The notes: generated from the letters alone by a model not told the origin. Positions 12,751 through 25,723 are shown, counted from the whole stretch's first letter. The stretch: DNA of 63,590 nucleotides, filler included, from Parasitella parasitica NRRL 2501 (GCA_025201805.1; 7 parts of 7 records of this genome joined end to end with filler, not necessarily neighbours in it), one strand, 5' to 3'. Numbers and translations: made by a program.

Positions 12751-15067
12751 TTAAAATCGACTGATGTCTCTTCCCAATGCAAATGTCAAAAACCAGTGAT
12801 AGGCAATCAACATTTTATTTCTAATGCTTACACTCTTGCTGAGGTAAGCTGATCTCCAGATAAGCCAAGACAAATGTCCAGACATTTTGGCCCAGTTGCG
12901 AACTGCAGACATATCAACCACTGCCTCATAAGAGCCAATGTAAGCCATAATGCCATGGTTTTTGAATTTGAATTCCTTTCCATCAGGAAGCTCATAACCC
13001 TTCTTGGCAATAGCATTCAAATCTATGTGTGCACTCTTAGCACAATATGCTGTCAATTTTTAGCACTATATACATACTTTTGATGAGAAATCCAGCTTTT
13101 TGTGATGCAACTGAGGAAATCATTTGTTATTTTTACAGTAAAAAAAATATGGTTGTAGACTAGGTTACAAACCTTGAGCTGTGGCAGGTAAATCATAGTC
13201 CAAAATAGTTGCGCAATCGCCCAAAGCATAGATATTGGAACAAGGTGTGTTGGATTCTTTGTCAAGGACACGCAATTGTCCGTCAGTTAAAATTCTATCA
13301 ACAACAAAGTCAATTTGAATAGTACTTGACTGTATCCGTATATGATGTAACATACCTTCCTGATTTATCTTTGGCAGCATTGTTAAATGATTCAACCAAG
13401 GGATTTTGAGTTAAACCTGTGGACCAAACCAGTAAACCGTAAGGAACTACATTTTCAGGGTGTTAAGTATATCCAAACTTTAGCATATCTCTTTACGCAA
13501 CATTGTACCTTCTCCCTCATCTTTAATAACTAAATGATTTTTTTCAACTCTATCCACAATGCGTTCTAGATGAGATGGCTCTTCATTAGACTTGTAATAC
13601 CACTATGAAATGTACAGCACGGAGAGCAAAAACTTACGGGTCTTGATTTGAATTCCTTTACGGCTAAATTTTTTGGAAGCATAATCTGATAAGTGAGAAT
13701 CAAACGCACCAAGAATTGTAGGAGCGACATCGTATAGAGTCATGCGAGTCTTTTTCATCAAATCAGGGTAAAGCCTTGATAAATCATCAGAGATAAAATC
13801 GTACAATTCAGCTGAGAACTCGACGCCCTAATTAAACTGTTAATATGCAATGATAGAGCATCGTTTTTACACTTACGGTTGGGCCACCGCCAACAACAAC
13901 AAAATGAAGTCGATCTTCTTTCTCCTTGTCACTAAGGCCAGGCTGAGAAGCATATTCAAAACCTATCTTTGACTCAGTATTTTTTACATATATTATATTG
14001 TCATCAATAGACCTACAGTCGATCAGTCGCTTTCTAATCTTTCTGGCATCATTGACTTCCTTTAGGAAACAAGCATACTCTGTCACACCGGGTATACCAA
14101 ATGTCTTTGTAGAAGCACCAACAGCGATAACCAACTTGTCGTAATCGAGGGTGAATTCCTCTTTTTTAGAAGGATCTTGCTTTTGGTTTAATATAGTTAT
14201 GTATTATATTCAAGACACACTCAAAACATACATGCATCAATATTGGAAGTACAGTGAATGACTTGATTTTCGACGTCAATTTTGTCGCAAAAGGCCTGGT
14301 AAAAGTTTGTGTCTTTCGAAAAAGTTCTTACTGGTTCTGTTATACATCTAAACTCTAAAGTACCAACTGAAGTACTGTATTTGGTGTGAGTATCACTATA
14401 TGAATGCCTCAACATTTACAGACAAACCTGGCTAGTAACGGAGTAAAAACAAAATGGTTTCTGGTATAAAATTAGGATCAGTAAAGATCATCCAGAGTTA
14501 CCCAAGATCAAGCTGGTGCTCCTTACCTGGGAGACACTACAGACACATCGTAGTTTTTCTTGTCTAAATCTCTAATCAATCGAAATCCTTTGATAAATGT
14601 TTGTGTTAATACTCGTATTGCATACCCCACAACAGTGAATATCCACATACCTGCCCATCCTGACCCTGATCGTGCACAAAAAGCAAGCTTTAACCAAAAA
14701 CTTCTATTTTTACTATACGATCTAAATCTTACCCAGAATGATAACTCGACCTATAAATTCAGCAGAAAAGCAGATCAGTTGCTCTGATTTCAATGGTGAG
14801 ATTCAGTTTATATACCTTGAGATTTACTAAGTGTTCTAGTTTTGGTCTGGACTGTAAAGTACTTTGCTGTTGTCAACGCTTAGTGTTTAGTACAAATACT
14901 TGTTCTTGGGTCTTACATTGTTGTTTTGAAATGGGCAACTTCAGTAAATTGTTGGTGATCTTCGATGAATTGGACGCATCAGTCGAAGTACATCTCTTTT
15001 GGATCAATTTCCAACCGTAAAAAGCACGCATTGCTGCATCATAGTTTGACAGCTTTAATGTCACCAT
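12751..15067 (-). CDS. Type II (alternative/external) NADH dehydrogenase, NDE/NDI family; many exons; start may be 15031
   Basis: Spliced RVIILGSGWAG, STSVGTLEFR, HFVVVGGGPT, IYALGDCA, LPATAQ, MAYIG, WLIWRSAYL, GRDISRF. Confidence 0.88.
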
Positions 15068-15641
15068 CCTTGCTGATTATAAAGAGTCGTATAATGTACA
15101 AATATATACAATCAAAGAAAAAAAGACCTTGTATTTATACTACATTTGACAAAATAATGACTTCATTTGCAGGTTTTATTTGATTGGATTGATATCATGG
15201 CTAAATGTTTGGACCATTTGAAGATTTATAATTCAAGATGCTTGCCATGTATTTTTGTACTGACCGTTCATTGAAAAGCACATGTATGTATGGACCCGCC
15301 TCTGCGAATCAACCCATTTTCACAGTGTTTATGTTGCACCACGATTGATAGCATATGTAAATGCATGAGCAGTAGTCTATTCGTACAAAAACTAATCGAT
15401 CCTGAAGCACCTTTTTAAAATAGCGGGAGGTAGCGGAAACACAATGCGGAAAGATGCATAATTTATTGAATAGGCATACAAATGAGTCAAAGTATCGGCA
15501 GGAAACATGGCTTACATCCCGATGTCCATTTAATCCGCAGACAACACAGTGGAATTCGAGATTTCCAGTATTCATGAAGAAAATCCAAGGTGCCTCATCT
15601 ATATTATAAGCACTTTGCAATATTAACTTTCATGATATCAG

Positions 15642-16103
15642 TGTCGTGTCAGTGTCAAAGGGCGCAGCGAAATGTTGTGTAAATATTATATGAAAGAAGT
15701 AATAAAGACTTTTTCTGAATAAAATCAGATACAAAACTGAAGACTTTTATTGACATGAGATATGACCCCTATTTATACTAAAATACAGTATACCCACATA
15801 ACATCTGATGTTGGCCCTGATGTTTGACAAGAAGTGCCAAACATTATTTAATCACAGCATTTTCAGGAACAGGCCTATTCTTCTATTTTACATCAAAGAA
15901 GATGTGAGTAAGATGGCTCCCCAACATCCCGCGACCTGGTCTTGATATAATCTCTTTGGATAAGCCTAAAACCATGCAATAGGTTCAATTACAACTTGTA
16001 GCTTATTCCTTATTTGTAAAAGAATTACCAACAATTAATATCATGATCCGTACATTATAAGCATGTAAGATATGACATATGTAGCCTTTGTATGGATACG
16101 ACA
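15642..16103. mobile_element. Solo LTR, family A (diverged copy)
   Basis: TGTCGT...ACGACA ends; homologous to 52972-53228 and, inverted, to 62936-63406 and 60358-60551. Flanks ATCAG/TTAAG are not a clean TSD. Confidence 0.8.
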
Positions 16104-16249
16104 TTAAGGCAAGGTGTTGCTGATCAAAAGCAACATACACCTCCTCTGTCTCATTTGTATTGCTAAGCGTACATCTTTATATAACATCTACTTATCCACT
16201 ACGACACAGATTGTTTAAATATACACAGTTCAATTTTTATTTGTCGTCA

Positions 16250-17089
16250 TCAAGAATAAGCATCTTCATTATCACCATCATCATCGTCATCGCCTTCACC
16301 ATTATCAAAGTAATTCTCGGCGTAATCGTTATCATCGATCAATTCTTCTTCATCTTCATACTCTTCCTCATTTTCAGCATCCCCATCTTCCTTCTTTTCA
16401 CCATCTTCATCTTCATCTTCGCCATCTTTGCCCTCTGCATTGAGTAATGCTTCAAGTTGGCCGTATTCATCAATAACTATACAAGATTTTTGCTCTAATT
16501 GATACTGTTAACATCTAATATACTTTTAATCGCTACAATATCCGCTTACTCTTCTTTCCACGCTTGGGATCAAGGATGGTTTGAAGTTCTTCAGGGAAAA
16601 AATCTAGATCTAATATGTATATTAATTAATGCCATGTTTGTATATTTATAAAATAAAAAGTGAATAATGCGATTTTTACTTGTGTCTATATCTCGTAAGC
16701 TACGTTTCGGTGCTACCACTTTGTATTTGTCTGAATAACGCTCAATATCGGGCGGTGGCGGCGGTGCAGTCAAATGGAAAGGGGAATCTTTGACCATGTT
16801 GAGATACTCTTTCCTTAACTTCCATTGTTGAATTTCATTAGATGTAGGTTTACGGGGAATAGGCACATCCATTTCCTAGTTCAAAAAAAATGTTGGCATG
16901 GATTGTAATTTTTTTTTTTTTTTTTTTACAAAGCTTACATACAGGGAACAAGGCAGTATTCACATTAAACAAGCTACCAGAACCAAGGTCTTTCAAAAGA
17001 TCAAATGAGACAAGCTGCATAGCTCCACTTTGAGGGCCTGCTCCACCTCCTCCACGGCCAAATCCACCTCCACGTCCTCCTCGAGACAT
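16250..17089 (-). CDS. RPC31: RNA polymerase III subunit Rpc31 (RPC7); multi-exon
   Basis: MSRGGRGG N-terminus, LFP, SPFH...DIERYSDKY, FFPEEL, and a highly acidic tail ending NEDAYS*. Confidence 0.88.
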
Positions 17090-17681
17090 TTTAGTTTATT
17101 AGATGTGAAATGATACGGAAAGAAATATATGATACATTTGATTCCTTTTTTTTTTTCTTCTGCTTGTGACAATAAATTAAGCAGTCAGTAATGCATAATA
17201 CAGTACCGTACCAATCAATCAAATACTGTAGGTTACATGCTGACAAAAGATATCACTATACATCGATGCACGACACTTTCGCAAATTTACCTTAATCAAT
17301 TACTGCGTCAAACACTTCATCCTGTTGCTTTGCAAGAGTATATATACCTCAAGTTACCAAGTGCTCGGCAAAAACAAATTTTGCAGGTCAAAAATTGCTT
17401 GGTTTGAAGACATTAAAATAGTTGTTGAGCAAACATCGCACTTTACAATTCACAAGCATGCTTGTTCTGCACATTCTCAATTATTCTTCACATCCATATA
17501 CACACGAAGTTAAAAAAAAAAATTAGAATAAAGAAGTTACACTATGTGATTGAAAACAGCTCTTAATTGTTGATAAAAGCTCCATACAAGCATACCACAT
17601 ATGTCATGTACTAGATGCTCCTTTAATGTATACGATGATATATATATTTTATTTTATCTCAAAAATCGAAAATTCAAGACC

Positions 17682-20600
17682 CTAGTTCATACGTTGAGGT
17701 GGATACCCCGCGCCCTGTTGAGGTGGGGGAGGTCTTCTAGCTAACGAAGATGGAGGGGTAGCGTTCATGGGAGGAGGAGGAAGTGGATTATTACGAGGAG
17801 GAGGGGGGGTCATACCGACGGGTTGTTGTTGGTAATGATTCATTCCTTGAGGAGGAGCCATTGGACGCTGTTGATATTGTTGCTGCTGTTGCTGTTGCTG
17901 ATGTTGCTGTTGCTGTTGCTGATGGAATTGCTGTTGTTGAGGAGGGCCACGAGGAGGGCCTTGAGGAGGAGGAGGAAGATGGCTAGCCTGTTGCTGCATG
18001 GGACCACGATTCATTGGAGGAGGTACTGCTCCCCCTTGAGGTGGAGGTGGTAGACCAGATTGTTGCTGTGGAACAAAGGAAGTAGCAGATGGTTGATTAG
18101 GGAAGGGAGAGGTAACGCGCTTTGTGGGGGTGGTAGCAATCTTGGGACTCTTCACCTTTGCAACCATGGCTACCATGGGAGGGTCATTCCAAGCACCCTC
18201 GGGTTTCTTTGGTGGCGTAGGTGGTTCTTGCGACTGTGCTCTAGCGATTGGAGCAATGCCTGTTATGGGTGGAGGAGCAGGGATTGTAGGGCGGGCTGTG
18301 GCAGCTGCACCGTAACTATTGTTGTACTGATCACCACCATAACCTTGCACATTGCTACTGCTGTATCCAGTGTTAGTGTTATTGTACCCATTGTAGTTGG
18401 TGGTTTGGTTGTAGCCATAAGATGGGGAAGCGGTTGCGTGTGGGGCTGCATTTGTCTGGGGAGCATAGTTGTTGGTGGGTGCTCCAGTAGTGGTAGTTGA
18501 GGTGTATGTGTTGGTGGTCGGTGGGATTGTGGGTGTGTAAGTATTGACAGGAGCATAATTATTGCTGGTAGTCGTAGCAGTAGTAGCAGCAGCTGGAGCG
18601 TACGTATTGCTAATGGGAGCATAATTTTGGGCAGCTACAGTTTTCTGCTGAGGAATAGTAGAGGGTTGGTAAGGTTGATAGCCTTGTTGTTGGTATTGGG
18701 ATTGATTGTACGACTGTGGCGTTTGGGCCTGGGCTTGGGCTTGGGCTTGGGCTTGGGCTTGGGCTTGAGTTTCAGCAGCAAGTGTATCAGCTTTGGTTTC
18801 GATTATCTTGCTTTCAAAAGGCAACGCAGGCTGAGAAAACTGACTGGCAACATTTACCGGACATGCTTGGTAAACACGATCACGGACAATAGAAAGTTTA
18901 TCAAAAGAAGCCTTGCGATAGACAAGAGGAGTCAAGCTCAGGTAGGTCAACGCCGTAGTCAATTTACCCTGATCTGCCAAGAGTTCGGCATATTCACAAT
19001 ATTTGTCATACAAGGGCGAAAGAGGATACTCGTAGGACATCTTTGTTTCGGAGGTCTCAAAGAGATCAGGATCCTCGAAAGAAATGACCTTACGGAAAAT
19101 AGTGACCTTTTCAATCAAATGTTGAAGACTTGAAGCCTTGACATCTTCCGAGCCATTTTTCTGCTCAACTTCCTCCTCTTGTTCGGTGATCCAAATACGA
19201 GACACCTTTTCGAGGTTACCAGCAGCAAGATAGCAAAGTGTAGCATGACGTCTAAAGTCCTTGGCATTCTCAGGTTCACTACTGGAGCTCCAACCTTCTT
19301 CAAGACGAGCACCCAATGCCTCACAAAGAGGTCTGAAATCTTCAGCCTTGGCAAATGTACATAAAACTACAATAACAGAAGTCCATTCCTCCAATGACAC
19401 ACTCGCAACAATAGAATTGAGGTCCTCGTCAATGATGCTTTCCAACAAGCGCAGGTAAGATGTGGATTTTGATTGTCGCTTGAAATAGGCTTGTTGAGTA
19501 CGAGCTAGCAGATCTCCGCCACCGCAAATGGCAAATAGCAATGCATCAGAGAGTCTATCTGCTGAAAGACACACATTGACAGCAGATTCAAAATCGCCCA
19601 AAACAACAGCACGAGTGATTAAGCGATCTGTTTCCGAGCTGCCTTCGGCGTAAAGTTGAAGGGGCTCGTGACAAATGGCTGACTTCAACGCATTGACAGT
19701 AGCAGCAGCAGCGCTAATACCTCCATCGTCCTGTTCAGTTTCTGTTGCTTGTTCAACAGTGCTGTCGTCCGTTTGAATCAAAAAGTCGTTTCCACTGTCA
19801 TCGCCAGCAAAAAGGCTAGAAGCTGAATTATCAACCTCACTAGACTTAGCTTCTTTGAGCTCAGCGATATCTTTATCGTCTTCAGTAGTAGCCACAGGTT
19901 CAGCCTTGGCCTCGTTCTCTTCCTTCTTTTCTTCAGAGGACTCTTCTGCAGCGGCATCAGCATTTTTGGGGGCAGGGGTGCTTTCTTCCGCTTGGTCTTC
20001 GTGGTTCAACCCGTTCTTAGCGGCAGTGGCCTTGGCAACAGCAGCAATCACCTCTGATTTTTGGAATCCAAGATAATTCATCAGTTGTTCTCTGGCATCA
20101 GCAGCCAAAAGAGTCTTGATAACCTCCCAACTTTGCTTTTCATCTTTCTCCATGACCTGTTGAATACGCTCTTCCACAAGTTGCTCTACGCTCTGTTGTT
20201 CTAACGCGGTTTCCAATTCTACAGAGCGTTGCACGGTGCTTTTATCGGTGACAATGGAATTAATGTGGACGGTACGAGAGACAGACTGTGGGGCAGGTGC
20301 TTGGCCTGGAGGCAATGCAGCAGCAGCTTGTGTTGCAGCTTGCCCAGCCTTGTTATTGAAAGAAACCAATTTTCCACCAAAACCAAAAGTTGCACCGACA
20401 GGGCAGCGAAGCCATTTGGGGGGATGTCTAAGAGCAAAAGTTGATGATGAAGTGTTTCTGCTGGCAGCGGAAGCATTCAATGCAGCAGAAAATGGGTCAT
20501 CGTCGACAATAGACGTAGTTTTCTTTGCAGACTCCTCGGATTCAGCAGAAGCAGAATTTTGAAGTGAATAAACGCCAATCTTTCCATCAAAGGAAGCCGA

Positions 20601-21755
20601 TGCCAAAAGATCAGGGTTGCGAGGACACCATTCAGTTTGGAATGTCCAGTTGGAATCTTGAGCCAATTCACCCAGTAATTCTCCAGAATTAGGATTCCAA
20701 ATAAGTGTCTTACAGTCCTTACCACAAGACATTAAGAGGTCCGAGTCTTGGCGACACCAAGATACACCTAAAACACCCTTTGAATGTCCAGCCAAGGTCT
20801 TTTCAGGAGAATGAGCATGGCGGAGATCCCAAAGTGTTACCACAGGGTTTGAATCATCCTCAGATGCAGTTACCAATTGCGTAGCCTATGTTACAGAAAA
20901 ATTCTCAATATTAAAAGAATATAAAGCCAAACAAATCAATTTTACCACATCAGGATGCCAAACTACAGAGGAAATACTTCTACGGCCGGCGTTGATAGCG
21001 CCTGCATTAGGTGCAGAAAGTGTCATTACTTCCTTACGGTTGCGAAGATCCCAAACAACAGTATGGCCAGTTGATGATGAAGTAGCCAAGATATGTTGCA
21101 CTTGGCCATTCCATCCTACACTAGTGATATCATCCAATTTTTGAGATTTTTGGCCAGGTGTGTATGGTGTGTCAGGTTTAGTAAGATCCCAAATGTATAC
21201 CTCGCTGTTACTGCCAGCCGAGGCCAACAGATTATGCTGGAATTTATTGAAATCGAGACCACGGATTTGGCCAGTGTGAATCGGATTGGACAGAATCTTT
21301 GCCTGTTCGTCACTACTTTATACGATTAAAGACATAAGTCTATCCATCGCCAGTATGAACATTGCTGGTTTTACCTTTTGCCGTCCAGAATCTTGCTAGG
21401 GTCCCAAAGCGATAGCTCACCATTCTCTAAACCGCCAGCAATAATACCATAAGGATTCGAAGAAGACGCATTTCCCCATACTAATGTGTTGAATCTAATA
21501 TTGTGCATTTAGATGACCAGTTTTGATCGTTTATACACATGTGTCGTACCTCGAAGGGCTTGCAATTTTACCAGCAGATTCGATACAGTTGGATGAGGAG
21601 GATAGATCAAGTTTAAACAACTCGAGTTCAGACGCGTTGGAAAAGGAATCATCTAAAGCACCAGCGGCGGTACCTGCGGCGATGATTGGAGCCTGTTGTC
21701 CTGGGCTCCAAGCAAATACTGCCGTTCTATTAATCTCATCAAGTCTCTTTACCAT
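17682..21755 (-). CDS. SEC31: COPII coat subunit Sec31; multi-exon
   Basis: RTAVFAWSP..AGTAAGALDDSFS, WD40 repeats, PKWLRCPVGATFGFGGKL, alpha-solenoid, Pro/Gln-rich tail with WNDPP. Confidence 0.95.
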
Positions 21756-22027
21756 ATCTTCTATAGAAATGCTAGTTAGAGCCTGCGTTGCTATGGAAAC
21801 CAGTTGAGGAATATTACCTAGCAGTCAAGTTAATGTATTTGAAAAGAAAAGCGAGTGGTGGGCTGATACGTGTTGGCTTCTCCAAAGTTCAACTGAGTAC
21901 TAATTGTTGTCGTCACGTCGTTTTTGGGAGGATACAACGCAGGACAAACAATGCCTTGAACCAATTCCATTTTAACATACTTATATTGAAGTGCATTTGA
22001 AGAAGCGGCTCACTTAATATTGAAGTA

Positions 22028-22882
22028 TGTCGGTATTGAGCACTTTTTTTCGACATGCCAGCGACCAGGATGGCTTAGAGTGAGTACAAGTGGTTTTGCA
22101 TGATAGCGGTGGATGTCAATCTTTGAAAACAGATCAACCATCGACCTCATACTGGATATACTAAAAAAACGCTCAGAAGTAGCGCCAAATGAAGATGTCA
22201 AACAAAACTGGGCTCTTGTCATTGCCATAGACGACGAATCAGTCAAAAATGGATTGTCTAAACGATTCTATCAGAAGCCGGATGATCGGATATGGTTCGA
22301 CTCCATTCAAATATGGTAAAAGATAGTCTTTTTTTTTCCTTTTTTTTTTTTTTTTGTAAACTGAAAGGGAAAGACACATGTATCCTACTATAGCCGTATT
22401 GATTCTGTGGGTCAATTAAAAGCCAAGCTGTGTTCGTTACATGTGCCTGCGCAGGAGCAGAAAAACGACATTTTGGATATTATTGAATATGAGAAACATG
22501 GTCACCCACCAAGTATAGTCGTAGTGATTGATCTCTTTGCTTATTTGATGTTGGGTTCAACACAGAATAATGAATTACAATACTTGACCACAAGGTAAAG
22601 AGAAAAAAAATTTTTTTTAAAGAGTATGATACAAATGACTAAACACTCTCTGTTGTGGAACCAAACAGTTTTAATGAATTAAGCAATTTGTTGGCTTGTC
22701 TCTTGGAATCGTGCATCTACTTGAGCACAAAGAATAGAGTCAATATGAATCATTTCATCGAACTGATATTGACCGACTCTCTGCCTTCCAACATGGAGGA
22801 AATGCCAAATGCTTTCCAGAAATCTCATATTGAGAAACTGTACAAGATTTTAAACTATCACTTGAACCATGTATATTCATAA
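22028..22882 (+). CDS. Hypothetical protein, possibly SWSAP1/Shu-type Rad51 paralogue; ~4 exons
   Basis: Spliced frame MSVLSTFFRHASDQDGLE-STIDLILD..WFDSIQI..LKAKLCSLH..PPSIVVVIDLFAYL..LLACLLESCIYLS..LYKILNYHL resembles the SWSAP1 motif order as I recall it. Divergent from SEC31. Confidence 0.5.
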
Positions 22883-23130
22883 ACATTATCCTGGTATAAA
22901 AAATACAGACGGATGATTCGGAAGCGCTGCTTGTATGGCTTATCGAGCCAATTGCAGCTTAACAAAATGATAATCTTTCTGAGAATGCATCTTTTGACAA
23001 GGGACCACCACAGTCTTCATTAAAGTTCGAATGGAGATGGAACTCTAAATCGTATAAATAAACGTCAAATCAAAATGCCTAGCTTTCTACTCTTCCACTT
23101 GATACTAATTATTCCCATATAAAATACAAA

Positions 23131-23892
23131 ATGAACTCTTCAAATACATCGAATAGCAGCTTGGACCTTATTAACCTTGGCTCTCTGGATGACTGGTTAG
23201 AAAGCGATCTTCGCCAATCTGGTATCATACTGCCTGCTCAAAAGATTGACAAGCCTACGACTCCTACTACTCCTGCTGAAATCTTGATGGCTTCTCCTCC
23301 AATCTCTGAATGTACACCTCGCATGGATCCTCTACTTGAATTGTCTACGCCACGAATTAAGTACGAACCACTCTCTCCCATGGAAACACCTAAAATTGAG
23401 CCTCAATACCTCTGTAACAACATAAAACCCTCTATTGATATTCAGCCTTTTATCAAGGCGCTGTCGTTATTAAGTTCAATTCGACACCAAGACACGAAAC
23501 AGCAATCGCAACTACAGGCACAGCAGCAAGCACATTCACAATGCAAGCGTGAAAGAGACGAATCGATAGATCAAGATCAGCCTCAAGATTTGGTAACTTT
23601 AAAACGACAAAGGAACACTGATGCAGCAAGAAGATCTCGCCAACGCAAGGCTTTGAAAATGGAATCATTAGAGAAGCGTGTGATGGATCTGGAAGCAGAG
23701 AATGAGCGTTTAAGGCTGCGCGCTGCCATTGCGGAAAGCGAATGCGCCAACATTGAAGCCAAGGAGAAGAGAAGCAGAGTTAGAATTTTAGAATTGGAGA
23801 AGCAGCTTGCCGACACACATAGATCATTATTGCAACACAACGATAGCAACAACAGCAAAGCATCAACGACAGCAACGGCAGTTAAGGTTTAA
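23131..23892 (+). CDS. GCN4/CpcA-like bZIP transcription factor
   Basis: LKRQRNTDAARRSRQRK basic region plus leucine zipper; intronless. Confidence 0.85.
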   Translation: MNSSNTSNSSLDLINLGSLDDWLESDLRQSGIILPAQKIDKPTTPTTPAEILMASPPISECTPRMDPLLELSTPRIKYEPLSPMETPKIEPQYLCNNIKPSIDIQPFIKALSLLSSIRHQDTKQQSQLQAQQQAHSQCKRERDESIDQDQPQDLVTLKRQRNTDAARRSRQRKALKMESLEKRVMDLEAENERLRLRAAIAESECANIEAKEKRSRVRILELEKQLADTHRSLLQHNDSNNSKASTTATAVKV

Positions 23893-24254
23893 CTTGGATG
23901 ATGTTTGACACACGCACACACGCACACACGCACCTCCTATATAGTCACCGCTCCTTTCCCGTTCATATCAATTTGTTTGTGTTGATATTTGAAACAATAA
24001 CAATACTCTAATGCGATAAACTTTTATACAAACTCACGAAGGTTCTGAACTATCGCACCTTCTTGAACCTCTCACACAAAAGCGTGTACCCCATGACTTA
24101 ATAGTGTCGAAAAAATGTTCTTTTTTTCATGGCTCTTTTTATAGATTGGTCTTCTCGCTAATCCCCCCTTTTTTTTATATTACTCTCTACTTTTTACGAC
24201 AATTTACTAACTAGATTGATTTTTTTTATATATTGTAGGGTGCTTCTTTTTGTT

Positions 24255-24593
24255 TTAATGTTTTAATGAAAAAAGAAACATTAAGATACTTCTCTTCTGG
24301 TTCTTTATGTTTTAATGAGAAAAGAAACATTCAGATATGTCTAGCCGGTTCTTTTAATGTTTTAATGAGAAAAGAAGCATTCAAAGATACATCTTCGGTT
24401 CTTTTTTGAATAATGTTTTAATGAGAAAATAAGCATTATTGAAAAAAGTAGTTCTTCTGGTTCTTTTGGTGGCTTTAATGAGAAAATAAGCACATCAAAG
24501 GTTTCTCTGTAGGATCTCGACATGTTTTAATGAGAAAATAAACATGAGAAAGATGTTGGTTACTTTACATGCTTTAATGAGAAAATAAGCATG
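24255..24593 (+). repeat. Array of 7 stem-loop units (47-57 nt period) with conserved loop TAATGAGAAAA(G/T)
   Basis: Loop starts at 24264, 24313, 24363, 24419, 24476, 24528, 24575; each is flanked by self-complementary arms. Confidence 0.9.
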
Positions 24594-25723
24594 GAAAGAA
24601 GCTTCTGTCTCTGCAGATGTCCTGGCATGTAACTTGAACAAGATCTGTTTCACTGATGGATGGTGCATTTGTCTATGGTTTACTAGGTATCATTCCCTTT
24701 CAATTTATTATATTTTAATATATGTTTCTTTTTCTCTATTTTCTAGATTTTCACCATATTCATCAATGTGTCAGTCAATCAGCAATATGTACACCAAAAT
24801 GCAATATTTGAATCGATTGAGTTTGCTATTGTCTCAACAAAGTACTCATCAACTGTATCTGGAAAGATCTTTCAGTATCACGGTATACGGGCCAGTATAC
24901 GTGGAACTTATTTTTCAAATGAATTTTTTCAAGTCTGACACGGTGGAATGCCATTTTGAGATATTTTGGATGCCTCTAGCCTTGATTGGTGTCGTTTTGA
25001 GTCGATTTGTTAACATTTGGAGAAAAAATTATCATGTACAAGTTTTAAAGTTTGAATGCAGGTCCGAAATCTTCTCTTACTTTGCCGTGCTGTAGGCTAT
25101 AGATATCTTGAACTTGACATCAACGAACAGAACAGAGTCTATTCTTGATTAATTTGTTGAAAGTTTTGACAAGTACGACTTCAAAAATCAGCATTCCCCA
25201 CAGTCTTTTTGATAACGGAACGTTCGGCAAGGATTGCCTGTTGTTACATTAACATATCCGAATATGCGTGCGTAAATTGAAACGTCGGAACCGCATTCAA
25301 ATGATAAGAAATAGCTCTATGCTGAGATCTATACAACATTATCTATTTTTTCCGCTTTGAAACATTTGATAACATATATGAGCTTTATTTGCAGTGTGTC
25401 AAAACTTCATAACTTCTGCACCCCAGATGAATTCGCCAAATAGGAAACGCACGTTTTACCACTCATCAAATCAGACCGTATAACCATAGTTGGGCCATTC
25501 TTGAAAATAAGCATTTAATTGAGCAGGTTTGAGAATTTAATTCAGTGATTTGGGTGCCCAAGGGCACCCAAATTTTAAGGGGTATTTGACATTTTTGAAA
25601 AATTCATTTGGAATAATTATATAAATAAAGAATAGGAATAGAGGTAAAAGAAATTAATTTGCTTATGAATTGTGGAAAATGTATTTAAAGATTTATGCAG
25701 GAATCTTCACCCCTCATTGTTAG

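Noticed and set aside
17783-20562. Many + strand ORFs overlapping SEC31 (and similar ORFs antisense to BCK1, the carnitine acetyltransferase and the Gypsy pol)
   Set aside because: Antisense shadows of codon-biased or low-complexity coding sequence.
24255-24593. CRISPR array or hammerhead ribozyme array
   Set aside because: Eukaryotic context, no cas genes, and spacers are related to one another. TTAATGAG..GAAAC only loosely mimics the CUGANGA..GAAA core and lacks stem II.
24634-25095. 153-aa ORF as a gene
   Set aside because: TTG start, spans an intron-like AT-rich segment and has no recognisable motif; could be a decayed gene but unsupported.
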